From NCBI RefSeq assembly GCF_031769215.1, contig NW_026781915.1:806001-870000 (forward strand): a stretch of 64,000 bases of DNA. Reading direction: 5' to 3'. The translations under genes and the position numbers were made by a program. Below are positions 48,459-62,439 of the stretch, piece by piece; the stretch's first letter is position 1; each line of letters opens with the position of its first letter. Origin of the DNA: Ylistrum balloti. Taxonomy: Eukaryota. The notes beneath the pieces are model-generated. The model saw only the letters and a list, made by a program, of their open reading frames with translations, was not told where the DNA came from and searched no databases.

Positions 48459-51400
48459 ATGGAACATAAAACTTTAATTCTGAGGCTTGTTAAGGTGGGC
48501 ATGTACATGGTCATACTTGCGCAGAACACCAGACACGTACAAGGTATGTTACAACAGATTTGTCGAGTCCTGTATAGCATCCACATGTCATTTCTATAAT
48601 TGCTACTGTCATTTTGTATGTAAGGTGGTTGGGGTTGGAGGGGGTACTTTTGTCATTTTATAAGTAAGGGGGAGCGAGAGGGATAAGGGGGTATCATTCA
48701 AGACACATTTATGACGGCAGTGAAGTAAAACGTTGTTAACCATGTGTCATTTGATTTATAAATTTTATTTATCAACTTGCTACTAACATTATCTTATATA
48801 TATATGTGCCTTTTTATTCTAATAAAATCACATTAAAATATAATGATATTAAACAAAATTAGTTTTTTTATTTTGATCTTGAATGCAGCTTTAATTTGAC
48901 ATTTCGGCGATACACGTGATTAGTGTGCCATTTTATCAAAACTGTTTAGCTGCCACGACTTCGTATCAATTAAGTGGAATACACCTAAATGACCCGCAGA
49001 CTTAGCAGATCTGTAGGTTACATTTAAGTTGTTACAGAAAGGCGCGGAGTAATCGTAATTACCTTACCTTTGTCCAACAATTACAGCAGGTAACTTCACC
49101 TATGGCAAAAGTCAAACATCGCACATTCAATTATCACTAGATTTCAATGCTGTTATCGTTTCAATGCTCGTAGAGGTATTGCTGTCAATTATTGGCATTC
49201 GTTTAAAGGTCGTAGTGCAAATGTTTCTATCATAAGATTGAAAGATTGCCTTGATTCTAATTGATATGATTTATATGATACAAAATGGAACCTTTTAGGA
49301 AAGGTTGTCATTTCTATACGGTTAAATAACATTTAATAGGTATTACATTGCGAGTTTCGATGAAGCAGAAGACGCTTACTCTTCCGGAACACCTGGTCAT
49401 TTTTCAAGAGCTTCCTTGTAAATCTTTCTTTGGTTCATGTTTCGTCCTAGTTTTATGGAATTTGAGTTTAGATTATGATGATGTTGCTATTTTGGTATTT
49501 TCTTGATGTTATTTGCATATGGCAAATTGGTGAAGATTTTTTTACAAATTTGTTTGATGTTTCGTTGCTGTAACCAGTTTAAGATGTTTCAATGCTGTAC
49601 CCGTTACAGGACTGACATGTATGGAGTGTACCAATATTGACCTTGATGGGACTTCAGCTGGGATCTTTGTGAATCCATTTCTAAACATCATCCCTGGCAT
49701 CAGAAATGAAAACTGTAAGGCACCCACCTCCCAGACAGACATTGACCTAATCACGTGTCCAGAAAACCCAGAAACTGGGCATCATGTGTATAGATGTGGG
49801 GCCTACAAGGGGAAAATCAACATTGCCATTGCGGGAGGCATATCAAGTATGTAAAACAACCTGAGCTAAGAATGTATCATTGAATCTAAATTTGCATAGA
49901 ATAAGGAATGTCTCGAAAACCCTAACAGCTTATCGAGTATCAACCCTTATAAANNNNNNNNNNNNNNNNNNNNNNNNNNNNNNNNNNNNNNNNNNNNNNN
50001 NNNNNNNNNNNNNNNNNNNNNNNNNNNNNNNNNNNNNNNNNNNNNNNNNNNNNNNNNNNNNNNNNNNNNNNNNNNNNNNNNNNNNNATATAAATTGCATT
50101 TTTATATTTTGTTCCAAACTGGATACATACCGACTTTCTTCCACTGTTCGAGAAGTCTATTTGTATTAGATGAAAACACAGTACCTGTCATGATCAACTA
50201 TTTCTCGAGGTTATATCAAACTTGTCTATATAGACCAATCTGAGTTATATAACCTTGACATTCATACTCAGGGGCCCAAGATCATACATTATATCGACAG
50301 GATGCAATAAACGAATTAAAGACACAACTTTTTGTAATCAAGCATTTTCATATAGATAAACTTTTGTACATAAAAAAAAATTCATTCATAAATACCATAA
50401 AATAAAGACACGTTTAACGTGTGCTCACAAGAAACCCTAACAGTGTTCAAAACCTCAGTATACCGTACTGCACACGGCACGACCGCATTTATAGAAGCGA
50501 TTAGAGTGGGCACAAGCGGATCACTCTTTTAGGGAGCTTTGTTCATGTGACAACCCATGCTTGACAGGAAAATCACACTCGGCTTCTTTCTGAAGACGTG
50601 TTTAATACGCTCTTGTATTCTGTATATATACAACAGGACAAATCTTAATCGCGGTGTTTCAAGTCTATTCATTTCAAATCTATTCATTTCAAATGCACTC
50701 ATTTCAGAATTCCAATGAAATAAGACATTGAACTAATGTCGGGCGTTGCATTTTGTAAATTGTGGTAATGAATTTCGGTCTTCACCTCTGTTTAACTGAT
50801 TTTATTTCATTATTTTTACATGCTATCATTTGGTATCACGGGATAGGTAACGTATATAGAACGTATGTGAAAGAAACTCGCAACACCAGAGCATACTATC
50901 TTCAAAATCTCACCATATTTCAGTTTTGTTGAGAAAATATTGCTACGTAGTTGGTTATTTTAAACATGAATACCTCCTAACAGGTTGATTTTATTCGTTG
51001 CATTGAATTTTAAGTGAAACAGCACCATGTATGCAAATGACTCTAAAACTACATAGTCGACGTCATGACACCAATATAACAAATGCACCAAAGGGAGGAT
51101 GGTGGGCGTGTCTTTGCTTTTAAAAAGGGGGCCTTTAAACGTTGCTATGTCCAAATTTGACAACATATTTAAATGAGTAATTTAAATATGCAAATTAGTT
51201 TTTCCTGATATTTTCGATTTGCGCTTGATCAAGATCTACTTATTATGTAAATAATCAACACGGACCAGATTAATTCGATTTTAATTTGCTGGTGATTGGA
51301 ATATCGGGAAAAGCGGACTTACCTATTACCTTTTCACTTTTTTCAAGGTTTTATCATCGCAACGCAGTAAAATGTTACAATGAACTTGTTTATTTTTCAT

Positions 51401-51990
51401 TGACTGATATATGCCTAACCAGTAATCATTGTTTGATTCCAAGATGAGCTTTTGTAACGATTATACATTATTCATAGAAAATGTGAAACGAATACTGCAG
51501 GCGTCATATTACAGTGTAAAACACGTTATCTGTCTTACAACATTTAACGTACACTTACAGAATAAAATCGCGAATAGATCATTTGTTTCCTCAATAAAAC
51601 AGGCTGTCCTTCTCTCAATACATTTAAATCAATTATCAGTAAGACAGAAATAATACATGACAAATGCTTTTAGGTATGAGATTTACGTAATTTAAACATA
51701 CTTCATTTCCGTTTGAGAAATCCTGCCAGATCTCTTGATTACGATTTTTTTAGAACAAATGGTAATACAGCTGAATGTAGATGCAGCAACCCATGTGAAG
51801 ACTTTTATTATTATTTTTAGGTTTGTCCCCCTATACATTTATAATCGAAATCTATTAATAAGACAGTTACAACCTCTATTTGAGAATTTAATTAGATTTA
51901 CTCATATACGGCGATCAGAAATTAAGCAAAGATGATGGTATCTCTTAATTGCAAAAAATGTAAAATAGGGATTTGATTGAATGTGACATG

Positions 51991-52028
<38 letters not shown>

Positions 52029-53161
52029 CATAAAGCATTACTAGATATAGCAGAGAAAGCTCGCATTAACTCTGCTTCTCTGTAAAAAAGCAACTTTTTA
52101 GAGTAAACATTAAAACACATTCAATATCAGATATTTTATTTTTCTAAACATTTGTTAAGAAAGTATTCGGAGTGCCATGGAGTACATGAAAATGGTTTGA
52201 CATTTAAGAAAACATCGAATGTTTGTTACACAGGGAATCTGTTCAATAACTATTCTGTAATCTTTGACTTTGCCCAGCTAACTAAACATATAAGGAAAAA
52301 TATATAACGATTATTTACCAAGGGCTTTTGTCTAGCTAGTTATACATGTCAGGAAAACTAAATGAGGACTTTTTTCGATGACTCTTTCCTAGATAGTAAA
52401 TATTAATTTGATAATTAATTACCGATGGTTCTTGCCTAGTAAGCTAAACATGTTGGGGAAATTCACTAATAACACTTTATCGATGGCTCTATTTACAACA
52501 AAGCATTCTTGATACTTAATATTAATACTTAATATTATGATGCATAACCACTTTTGATAAAATGTATAGTATGGGTCACTACCGGAGTGCCATGGTGTAA
52601 TTCTTGTTGGTTTTAGGTCTGTTAAAGTTTACATCTTATGTTTACTTATAGTTTGTACGGTATAAACAAGTGATTTTGTCAGTGGCATTGTCATCTGCTC
52701 TCAAAAACCCTTAAGACGCTTGAGGCACATGGTTCATTTTTAGATCACGTGGAAGTGTTATCTTATACATAAACACGGGAGTATTTACTTTGGCTGTCCC
52801 AATTATAAGTAAAGGATTTTATTTCATTGTAAAAAAAACATTCCGTCTTATTTTAGATATGTGACTTCAATGCCATCTCATTTCAGATAGCTCTCTAAAT
52901 ATAATAGATCGTCAGTGTGTATTGATCTACCAAGGCTTGGATAGAGGTTGTCACCCGCAGTCCTTTGTCGAAGAAGATGCGTCCGATTTTCAGAAAATAT
53001 TTGCAAGTCTTGAAAATCTAGGAGCTGTGGAGTTCGAAGGAGATATCTGTTTGGCTGAAGATAACGATGCTACTCCAGCCCCTAACTGTAGCAGCAATAT
53101 GATAGTTCAGTCCCTAGTCTTTATCCTCACCACTTGTTTTATATGTATATTTTTGTCATAA
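48459..53161 (+). CDS. GPI-anchored Ly6/uPAR-like protein B, 198 aa; exons 48459-48543, 49610-49846, 52887-53161
   Basis: Exon 1 (85 nt) and exon 2 (237 nt) have the same lengths and phases as in gene A; shared motifs IPGIR..NC, DIDLITCP.NP, VYRCGAY.G.IN, IIDR.CVLIY.GL..GCHPQSF; an N gap lies in intron 2. Confidence 0.82.
49954..50086. other. Assembly gap (133 N)
   Basis: Run of n. Confidence 1.
51994..52025. repeat. (CT)n microsatellite, ~16 units
   Basis: Read directly from the sequence. Confidence 0.98.
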
Positions 53162-53330
53162 TTGAAGTTGAAAGTGTGAACAAGTAAGCTATATAAGTGA
53201 AAATATTTGCCGTATTTTAAATGCAACGAGTATAAAGCGAGTTTATTATAGAAGAGAGAAAGGTGTATTTTTACTAAATATTATTTGTCTATATTTTGCA
53301 AACGCTGGATATTACCAAACTTATTTACAT

Positions 53331-53480
53331 GGATGGCACACTGGTAACACTCACCTTTCACCAATGTGGGCGGGGTTTGAGTCACCAATCGGACGTGAAC
53401 AGGGATGGGGTCACGCCTCACGACTGACCACGTGGGGTTTTCTCTAGTACTCCGGACTCTTACCATCCTCCCCATTCTTC
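53331..53480 (+). mobile_element. tRNA-derived SINE with a V-domain-like core (degenerate)
   Basis: A-box-like tggcacactgg, B-box-like gggtttgagtc, core gtggggttttctctagtactccgg..cctcccca. Confidence 0.6.
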
Positions 53481-53859
53481 CATCCGAGACAACAAAGTGA
53501 CGAACATAAGTTGTGTCACTTGCTTCATAACTGTTGTAAAATAAACGAAGTTTATATTTTTTCACTTTCTTCAATTTCAAGACGGACTGCTAATAAAGCC
53601 CAAAACAAAATTGTATAGTAAATGCCGATTAAACTGTAAATTAAATATAGTGCTAAAGGACAAGGCATCGGCTTGAAAGTCAAACCGCAACATATTTTAA
53701 ATGACAGTACGTTCGAAAGTGTCAGCAGAAAAGTTTAAAATCGACCACATAGCCAACAAATGTTAACAAAATCCTATACTATCATTACAAATAATGTAAA
53801 ACCTCCTTCAAAAAATGAATAAAACAAAAAACAAACAAAATGGCAAGATCAGGCAGATG

Positions 53860-53975
53860 TCAAAGATTGCACAAAAGACACACAAGTAAATAACACCTTT
53901 TAATAAAGATTTAGACTTAAATACAGCAGATCCATCGTCTTTCCAGGACACGTCAGTGATGTTAATGGTCTAATA
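53860..53975 (-). repeat. Second, more decayed copy of the 47720-47870 repeat (hammerhead remnant)
   Basis: Shared aaagacacacaagt.aata.cacctt; minus strand reads atca CTGACGT gtcc tggaa agac GATG. Confidence 0.5.
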
Positions 53976-54304
53976 TTGATACTTAGGAAGTAACTGGTAA
54001 ACCTGAAATTGGTCGCAAAAAAAGTCAAAATCGAGAAAAAATATTTACAAGGTACTTCGCTAGATTAGGGAATTTATGTCCTCGTAACAAAAGAAGATAT
54101 ATGAGGATTGTTTAATGAAGATATTATCAACTTCCTCCATTTAAATATTTAAATAATTTCGTCATGTGTTTGTAATGAAGTTAATACCTTAAGTTTTACT
54201 TTAAGTCCGCATTCCTGAAATGAAGTTCTACTGCCTTTTGGAATGTTTAAAGCGACCAACTTTGAGTCGGGGATACGTCAATGACTAAAATACAGAGACG
54301 AATA

Positions 54305-57300
54305 ACACATCTGTACCTAATCACCTAGGACACCCATCACATACTAGTATACATCTATATATAATCACCTAGGACACCTACCACACATACATCTATACAT
54401 AATCACCTAGGACACCTACCAAACATACATCTATATATAGTCACCTAGGACACCTACCACACATACATCAATACATAATCACCTAGGACACCTACCACAC
54501 ATACATCTATACATAGTCACCTAGTACACTTACCACACATACATACATAAATAATCACCTAGGACACCTACCACACATACAGTATACATAATCACCTGGG
54601 ACACCTACCACACATACATCTATACATAATCACCTGGGACACCTACCACACATACATCTATACATAATCACCTAGGACACCTACCACACATACATCTATA
54701 CATAATCACCTAGGACACCTACCACACATACATCTATACATAATCACCTAGGACACCTACCACACATACATCTATACATAATCACCTAGGACACCTACCA
54801 CACATACAGTATAATCACCTAGGACACCTACCACACCACACATACATACCACACTATACATAATCACCTAGGACACCTACCACACACACATATATAATCA
54901 CCTAGGACACCTACCACACATACATCTATACATAATTACCTAGGACACCTACCACACATACATAAACTCACATAGGACACCTACCACACATACATCTAAA
55001 CATAGTCATATAGGACATCTACCACACATACATCAATACATAATCACCTAGGACACTTACCACACATACATCTATATATAATCACCTAGGACACCTACAC
55101 ACATCTATACATAATCACCTAGGACACCTACCACACATACATCTATACATAATCACCTAGGACACCTACCACACATACATCTATACATAATCACCTAGGA
55201 CACTTACAACACATACATCTATATATAATAATCACCTAGGACACCTACCACACATATCTATACATAATTACCTAAGACACCTACCACACATACATCTATA
55301 CATAATCACCTAGGACACCTATCACACATACAGTATACATAATCACCTAGGACACCTACCACACATACATCTATACATAATCACCTAGGACACCTACCAC
55401 ACATACATCTATACATAATCACCTAGGACACCTATCACACATACATCTATACATAATCACCTAGGACACCTACAACACATACAACACATACATCTATATA
55501 TAATCACCTAGGACACCTACCACACATACATCTATACATAATCACCTAGGACACCTACCACACATACATCTATACATAATCACCTAGGACACCTACCACA
55601 CATACAGTATACATAATCACCTAGGACACCTACCACACATACATCTATATATAATCACCTAGGACACCTACCACACATACATCTATACATAATCACCTAG
55701 GACACCTACCACACATACATCTATACATAATCACCTAGGACACCTACCACACATACATCTATATAATCATACATACCACACATAGGACACCTAGGACACT
55801 ACCACACATACATCTATATATAATCACCTAGGACACCTACCACACATACCTATACATAATCACACATACATACTATACATCTAGGACACCTACCACACAT
55901 ACATCTATATACATAATCACCTAGGACACCTACCACACATGCATCTATACATAATCACCTAGGACACCTACCACACACACACCTACCACACATACATATA
56001 CATAATCACCTAGGACACCTACATACACATACATCTATACACCACACATACATCTATACATAATCACCTAGGACACCTACCACACATACATTTATATATA
56101 ATCACCTAGGACATCTACCACACATACATCTATACATAATCACCTAGGACACCTACCACACATACATCTATACATAATCACCTAGGACACCTACCACACA
56201 TACATCTATACATAATCACCTAGGACACCTACCACACATACAGTATACATAATCACCTGGGACACCTACCACACATACATCTATACATAATCACCTAGGA
56301 CACCTACCACACATACATCTATACATAATCACCTGGGATACCTACCACACATACAACTATACATAATCACCTGGGACACCTACCACACATATATCTATAC
56401 ATAATCACCTAGGACACCTACCACACATACATCTATACATATCACCTCACATACATAATCACCTAGGACACCTACCACACATACTATACATAATCACCTA
56501 GGACACCTACCACACCTATACATAATCACCTAGGACACCTACCACACATACATCTATATATAATCACCTAGGACACCTACCACACATACATCTATACATA
56601 ATCACCTAGGACACCTACCACACACACATATATATACATAATCACCTAGGACACCTAACACCTACCACACATACATCTATACATAATCACCTAGGACACC
56701 TACCACACATACATCTATACATAGTCACCTGGGACACCTACCACACATACATCTATACATAATCACCTAGGACACCTACCACACATACATCTATACATAA
56801 TCACCTAGGACACCTACCACACATACATCTATATATAATCACCTAGGACATCTACCACACATACATCTATACATAATCACCTAGGACACCTACCACACAT
56901 ACATCTATATATAGTAACCTAGGATACCTATCACACATACATCTATACATAATCACCTAGGACACCTACAACACATACATCTATATATAATCACCTAGGA
57001 CACCTACCACACATACATCTATACATAATCACCTAGGACACCTACCACACATACATCTATATATAATCACCTAGGACATCTACCACACATACATCTATAC
57101 ATAATCACCTAGGACACCTACCACACATACCACACATACATCTATACATAATCACCTAGGACACCTACAACACATACATCTATATATAATCACCTAGGAC
57201 ACCTACCCGCATACATCTATACATAATTACCTAGGACACCTATCACACATACAGTATACATAATATTCTAGGACACCTACCACGCATACAGTATACATAA

Positions 57301-59772
57301 TTATCTATGACACCCACCACACATATATCTATACATAATCACCTAGGACACTTACCACACATACATCTATACATAATCACCTGGGACACCTACCCGCATA
57401 CATCTATACATAATTACCTAGGACACCTACCACACATACATCTATACATAATCATACATAATCACTATACATAATCATAGGACACCTACCACACATACAT
57501 CTATATATAATCACCTAGGACACCTACCACACATACATCTATACATAATCACCTAGGACACCTACCACACATACATCTATACATAATCACCTAGGACACC
57601 TACCACACATACATCTATACATAATCACCTAGGACACCTACCACACATACATCTATATATAATCACCTAGGACACCTACCACACATACATCTATACATAA
57701 TCACCTAGGACACCTATCACACATACATCTATATATAATCACCTAGGACACCTACCCGCATACATCTATACATAATTACCTAGGACACCTATCACACATA
57801 CAGTATACATAATATTCTAGGACACCTACCACGCATACAGTATACATAATTATCTATGACACCTACCACACATACATCTATACATAATCACCTAGGACAC
57901 CTATCACACATACATCTATACATAATCACCTAGGACACCTACCACACATACATCTATACATAATTACCTAGGACACCTACCACACATTCATCTATGCATA
58001 ATCACCTAGGACACCTACAACACATACAGTATACATAATCACCTGGGACACCTACCAAAAATACATCTATACATAATCACCTAGGACACCTACAACACAT
58101 ACATCTATATATAATCACCTAGGACACCTACCCGCATACATCTATACATAATTACCTAGGACACCTATCACACATACAGTATACATAATCACCTAGGACA
58201 CCTACCACACATACATCTATACATAATCACCTGGGACACCTACCCGCATACATCTATACATAATTACCTAGGACACCTACCACACATACATCTATACATA
58301 ATCACCTAGGACACCTACCACACATACATCTATACATAATCACCTAGGACACCTACCACACATACAGTATACATAGTCACCTAGGACACCTACCACACAT
58401 ACATCTATACATAATCACCTAGGACACCTACCACACATACATCTATATATAATCACCTAGGACACCTACCACACATACATCTATACATAATCACCTAGGA
58501 CACCTACCACACATACAGTATACATAATCACCTAGGACACCTACCACACATACAGTATACATAATCACCTAGGACACCTACCACACATACATCTATACAT
58601 AATCACCTAGGACACCTACCACACATACAGTATACATAATAACCTAGGACACCTACCACACATACAGTATACATAATCACCTAGGTATACATAATCACCT
58701 AGGACACCTACCACACATACAGGTACCACACATACTATACATAATCACCTAGGACACCTACCACACATTCATCTATACATAATCACCTAGGACACCTACC
58801 ACACATACATCTATACATAATCACCTAGGACACCTACCACACATACATCTATACATAATCACCTAGGACACCTACCACACATACATCTATACATAATCAC
58901 CTAGGACACCTACCACACATACATCTATACATAATCACCTAGGACACCTACCACACATACATATATACATAATCACCTAGGACACCTACCACACATACAT
59001 CTATACATAATCATCTAGGACACCTATCACACATACATCTATACATAATCACCTAGGACACCTACCACACATACAGTATACACAATCAACTAGGACACCT
59101 ACTACACATACAGTATACAGAATCACCTAGGACACCTACCACACATACATCTATATATAATCACCTAGGACACCTACCACACATACAGTATACATAATCA
59201 CCTAGGACACCTACCACACATACAGTATACATAATCACCTAGGACACCTACCACACATACATCTATACATAATCACCTAGGACACCTACCACACATACAT
59301 CTATACATAATCACCTAGGACACCTACCACACATACATCTATACATAATCACCTAGGACACCTACCACACATACATCTATACATAATCACCTAGGACACC
59401 TACCACACATACATCTATACATAATCACCTAGGACACCTACCACACATACATCTATATATAATCACCTAGGACACCTACCACACATACAGTATACATAAT
59501 CACCTAGGACACCTACCACACATACATCTATACATAATCACCTGGGACACCTACCACACATACATCTATACATAATCACTAGGACACCTACCACACATAC
59601 ATCTACCACACATATATCTATACATAATCACCTAGGACACCTACCACACATACATCTATACATAGTCACCTAGGACACTTACCACACATACAGTATATAT
59701 AATAACCTAGGACACCTACCACACATACAGTATACATAATCACCTAGGACACCTACCACACATACAGTATAC
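54305..59772. repeat. 38-bp minisatellite array, ~140 copies
   Basis: cacctaggacacctaccacacatacatctatacataat unit. Confidence 0.98.
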
Positions 59773-62262
59773 GTTTTACTTACACAAAGCAAATAACAAT
59801 ACATCTACAGTGGACTAATTAGGTTAACATCTTATTAGGGTCGCATCATTAATTAAGTTTATGTAAATAGAATCACCGTAAAACATCATGTTATTAGTGA
59901 CATAGCAGGGAACACATCTATATAAATAGAATTATACAATCGGTTTACAGAATTCGTGACCGTATGATAGATTTGAATATATAGCCCTCATAACAGACAA
60001 GGTGACTGAAGTTTTTTTTTATAACGATACATTGTACATGTATGTACTTCTACCATACGTCGCACACGTGCATGTACACTCTCTTAATACACATCGCGTA
60101 TCAATGAATGACTACTATTAGATTAGAGTTACTGTCAGAATGTACACAACAACTTGACGGTTGACATGTTTCTGTATTTGACATCACAGATGTAAGTAAT
60201 GATGAAACATTGACATCAGACATTGCCTCTAAGATACTGTAGATATAGATAGGTAAAAATGTAATAAGATATGATACATACTAAGTTGTAAGTTATAATA
60301 GTATGTCTGTTATTTCAGGCTAAAAACATAAAAGTAGGTTACCTGAATGTATGTTCAAAATGTTGCTCAGATTACACACCACAAGCACGTGTTGGAATCA
60401 CGTGCATACCAAGATACTGACCCGACGTGCCAACCTCTTATGCGAATTGGTTACCCCTGTACGAGATTACAAACATATAGAGAAGAAAGACATGGAGTGA
60501 CCATCTAATAATGAGAGACTAACGATGTTTCAGAACATGGAAAGTGAATTTGACAAACCCAGGAATATGTAATCCACCAGCATATTACAGGCTTTGTTTA
60601 ACAAGGCAGGCCCCTCGGCTTAAATTACATGTACATGTACGAATGATGTGGCAATCATATACAGTAGAAGACTTTTAAGAATATAATGCAGGACACTTTA
60701 CAAGCAACGGTCATAGATACACAAAACAACAGAAATAAACACTTTGTCATAACCAAATAATCTTAATGAGGAATCGGCGATGTTTTTAAATGTTTCCAAC
60801 TAACGCACGATGCATACCAAACATATGTGACTACCTGATACCTCAAATATCAGGCAATATATCATCTACAAGCTGACCACTCAAATGACTCGGCAACTGA
60901 AACAGTCCTTTCCTAATGTTGACTGGAAAATGTTATACCGTAAATGTATTTTCCATAGAGCCGAATCGACTTTTTTCACATATTTATTTGTAAGTACACA
61001 TAGACGTAAATACTTTAATGTGTAAACTAAACAATATCAATTGTCGTGAAAATAACTATATATCTATACTTGTTCATATTGTCCAAAGTATCCTCAATAT
61101 TGATATAAATTAATAAAGATGTTTATAACCAGATCTAAGAGGGATCTTGTCGTCCATCATCGTACGATTTCTATTGTCCTTTGTGAATTGGATAACTCCT
61201 CTTTCTTTTCTCTTTTCACTTATTTTCTCAAACCTTTGACAAAGTTCAACTTTACAAAATCCAATATGGCCGTGTTTCGGCCATTTTGGTTTACTGGTCA
61301 AACTTTAATTTTATAATCTATTATCCATAAGAAGCAAGTGAAACATACAAAAAAAAATGAAAATTGAGATCAATGCAACTAGTTCTCCTCAGGAAACATT
61401 CACATCAATATTTTTTTTAAAGAGGGGCGACGGACGGACCACAAACTAATGGCGATTTTTTAATAGCCCAGAATCTGATGAAAGTGGGGTAAAACTGAAA
61501 TTAGCATGATGTAGACTTCGTTAATGTTATCATTGCAAATAACATACTTACATAGCATTTTTTCACATCCATTATTTGGGTTTAAAAACATTACCGTGGA
61601 TGTTTATCTAGATCTCTAAACTGTACTGTAGTGCCTCTAAATGCCAAACTTAAATATCTGGTAAATACCAGCTGTAACGTAACCTCAACTGTTGTATCAC
61701 GCATTAACCATGTTTGTTTTGACTTTTTTGTTTGTTTGTTTTCTGGGGTGTGGGTAAAGGGGTTGACTGGTTTGATATTTTAAGTATGTTACGCTGAACT
61801 TTGTAGTATATTGGTTTAAATACCGAGTAAATTGAAAACAAAAAATAATAACTGAGGTTCTATATGGGGACTGAGGATGTTGGGGATATCTACATCTTTA
61901 TATATTTTATCTCATTCCTTGATCAGATATATTTCGGTACTTGTTTAAAAAGTCAACAACGTGATTATGTGATCAAACGCAATGTTCAATGTTGCGCGTG
62001 CCCGTGCATCTACCAGATGTACGGATGTAACCTGTCAATAGCTGAAAAGCATGGTCAGCTTACACTCAATACGTATGTAGTATATTCAATCCACTCTCCG
62101 GACAGATTTTACAACGCAATATCATCTGGCTCTCACACCTTCTGTAAAATGTATACTATAACGCTGTCTTACTTCCGCTTTATATTTTTACTGAATTAGG
62201 TGAGCCGATTGTGTTTTTCCCCTTTGTACAGAATGCGAACAGTTCTCACATCTATGAGTAGG

Positions 62263-62413
62263 CCAATACATGTAAATTGCGAGAAATCAAACGGTCAACC
62301 AATGAAAATAAAGCACAACTGGTCTATAAGCCAATGAAATTTGACGGAAAGTGTTCAGGGTCACAATAGTTTTGACTGACCTATAGGTCTACCTGGTTAT
62401 ACGAGGGTTCAAA
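62263..62413 (+). promoter_or_regulatory. Putative mos proximal promoter: three CCAAT boxes and a CHR-like TTCAAA
   Basis: CCAAT at 62263, 62299 and 62331; TTCAAA at 62408-62413, 27 nt before the ATG. Confidence 0.5.
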
Positions 62414-62439
62414 AAGTGCTGAATCTTCGAACTGTCAAG

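Noticed and set aside
33085-59772. Regular arrays as possible CRISPR loci
   Set aside because: Units are head-to-tail with no unique spacers, there are no cas genes, and the context is eukaryotic.
43840-59772. Common origin of the 26-bp and 38-bp arrays downstream of the two LU paralogues
   Set aside because: Only a ~9-nt tacatc(a/t)at similarity, in opposite orientation; not significant.
60343-60470. Minus-strand segment with good acceptor and donor, as a candidate exon of an antisense or host gene
   Set aside because: All frames are closed and no partner exons were found; splice-like signals are common by chance.
61476-61520. CTGATGA..GAAA hammerhead-like spacing
   Set aside because: Helix II is weak and out of register, and there is no helix III or helix I pairing.
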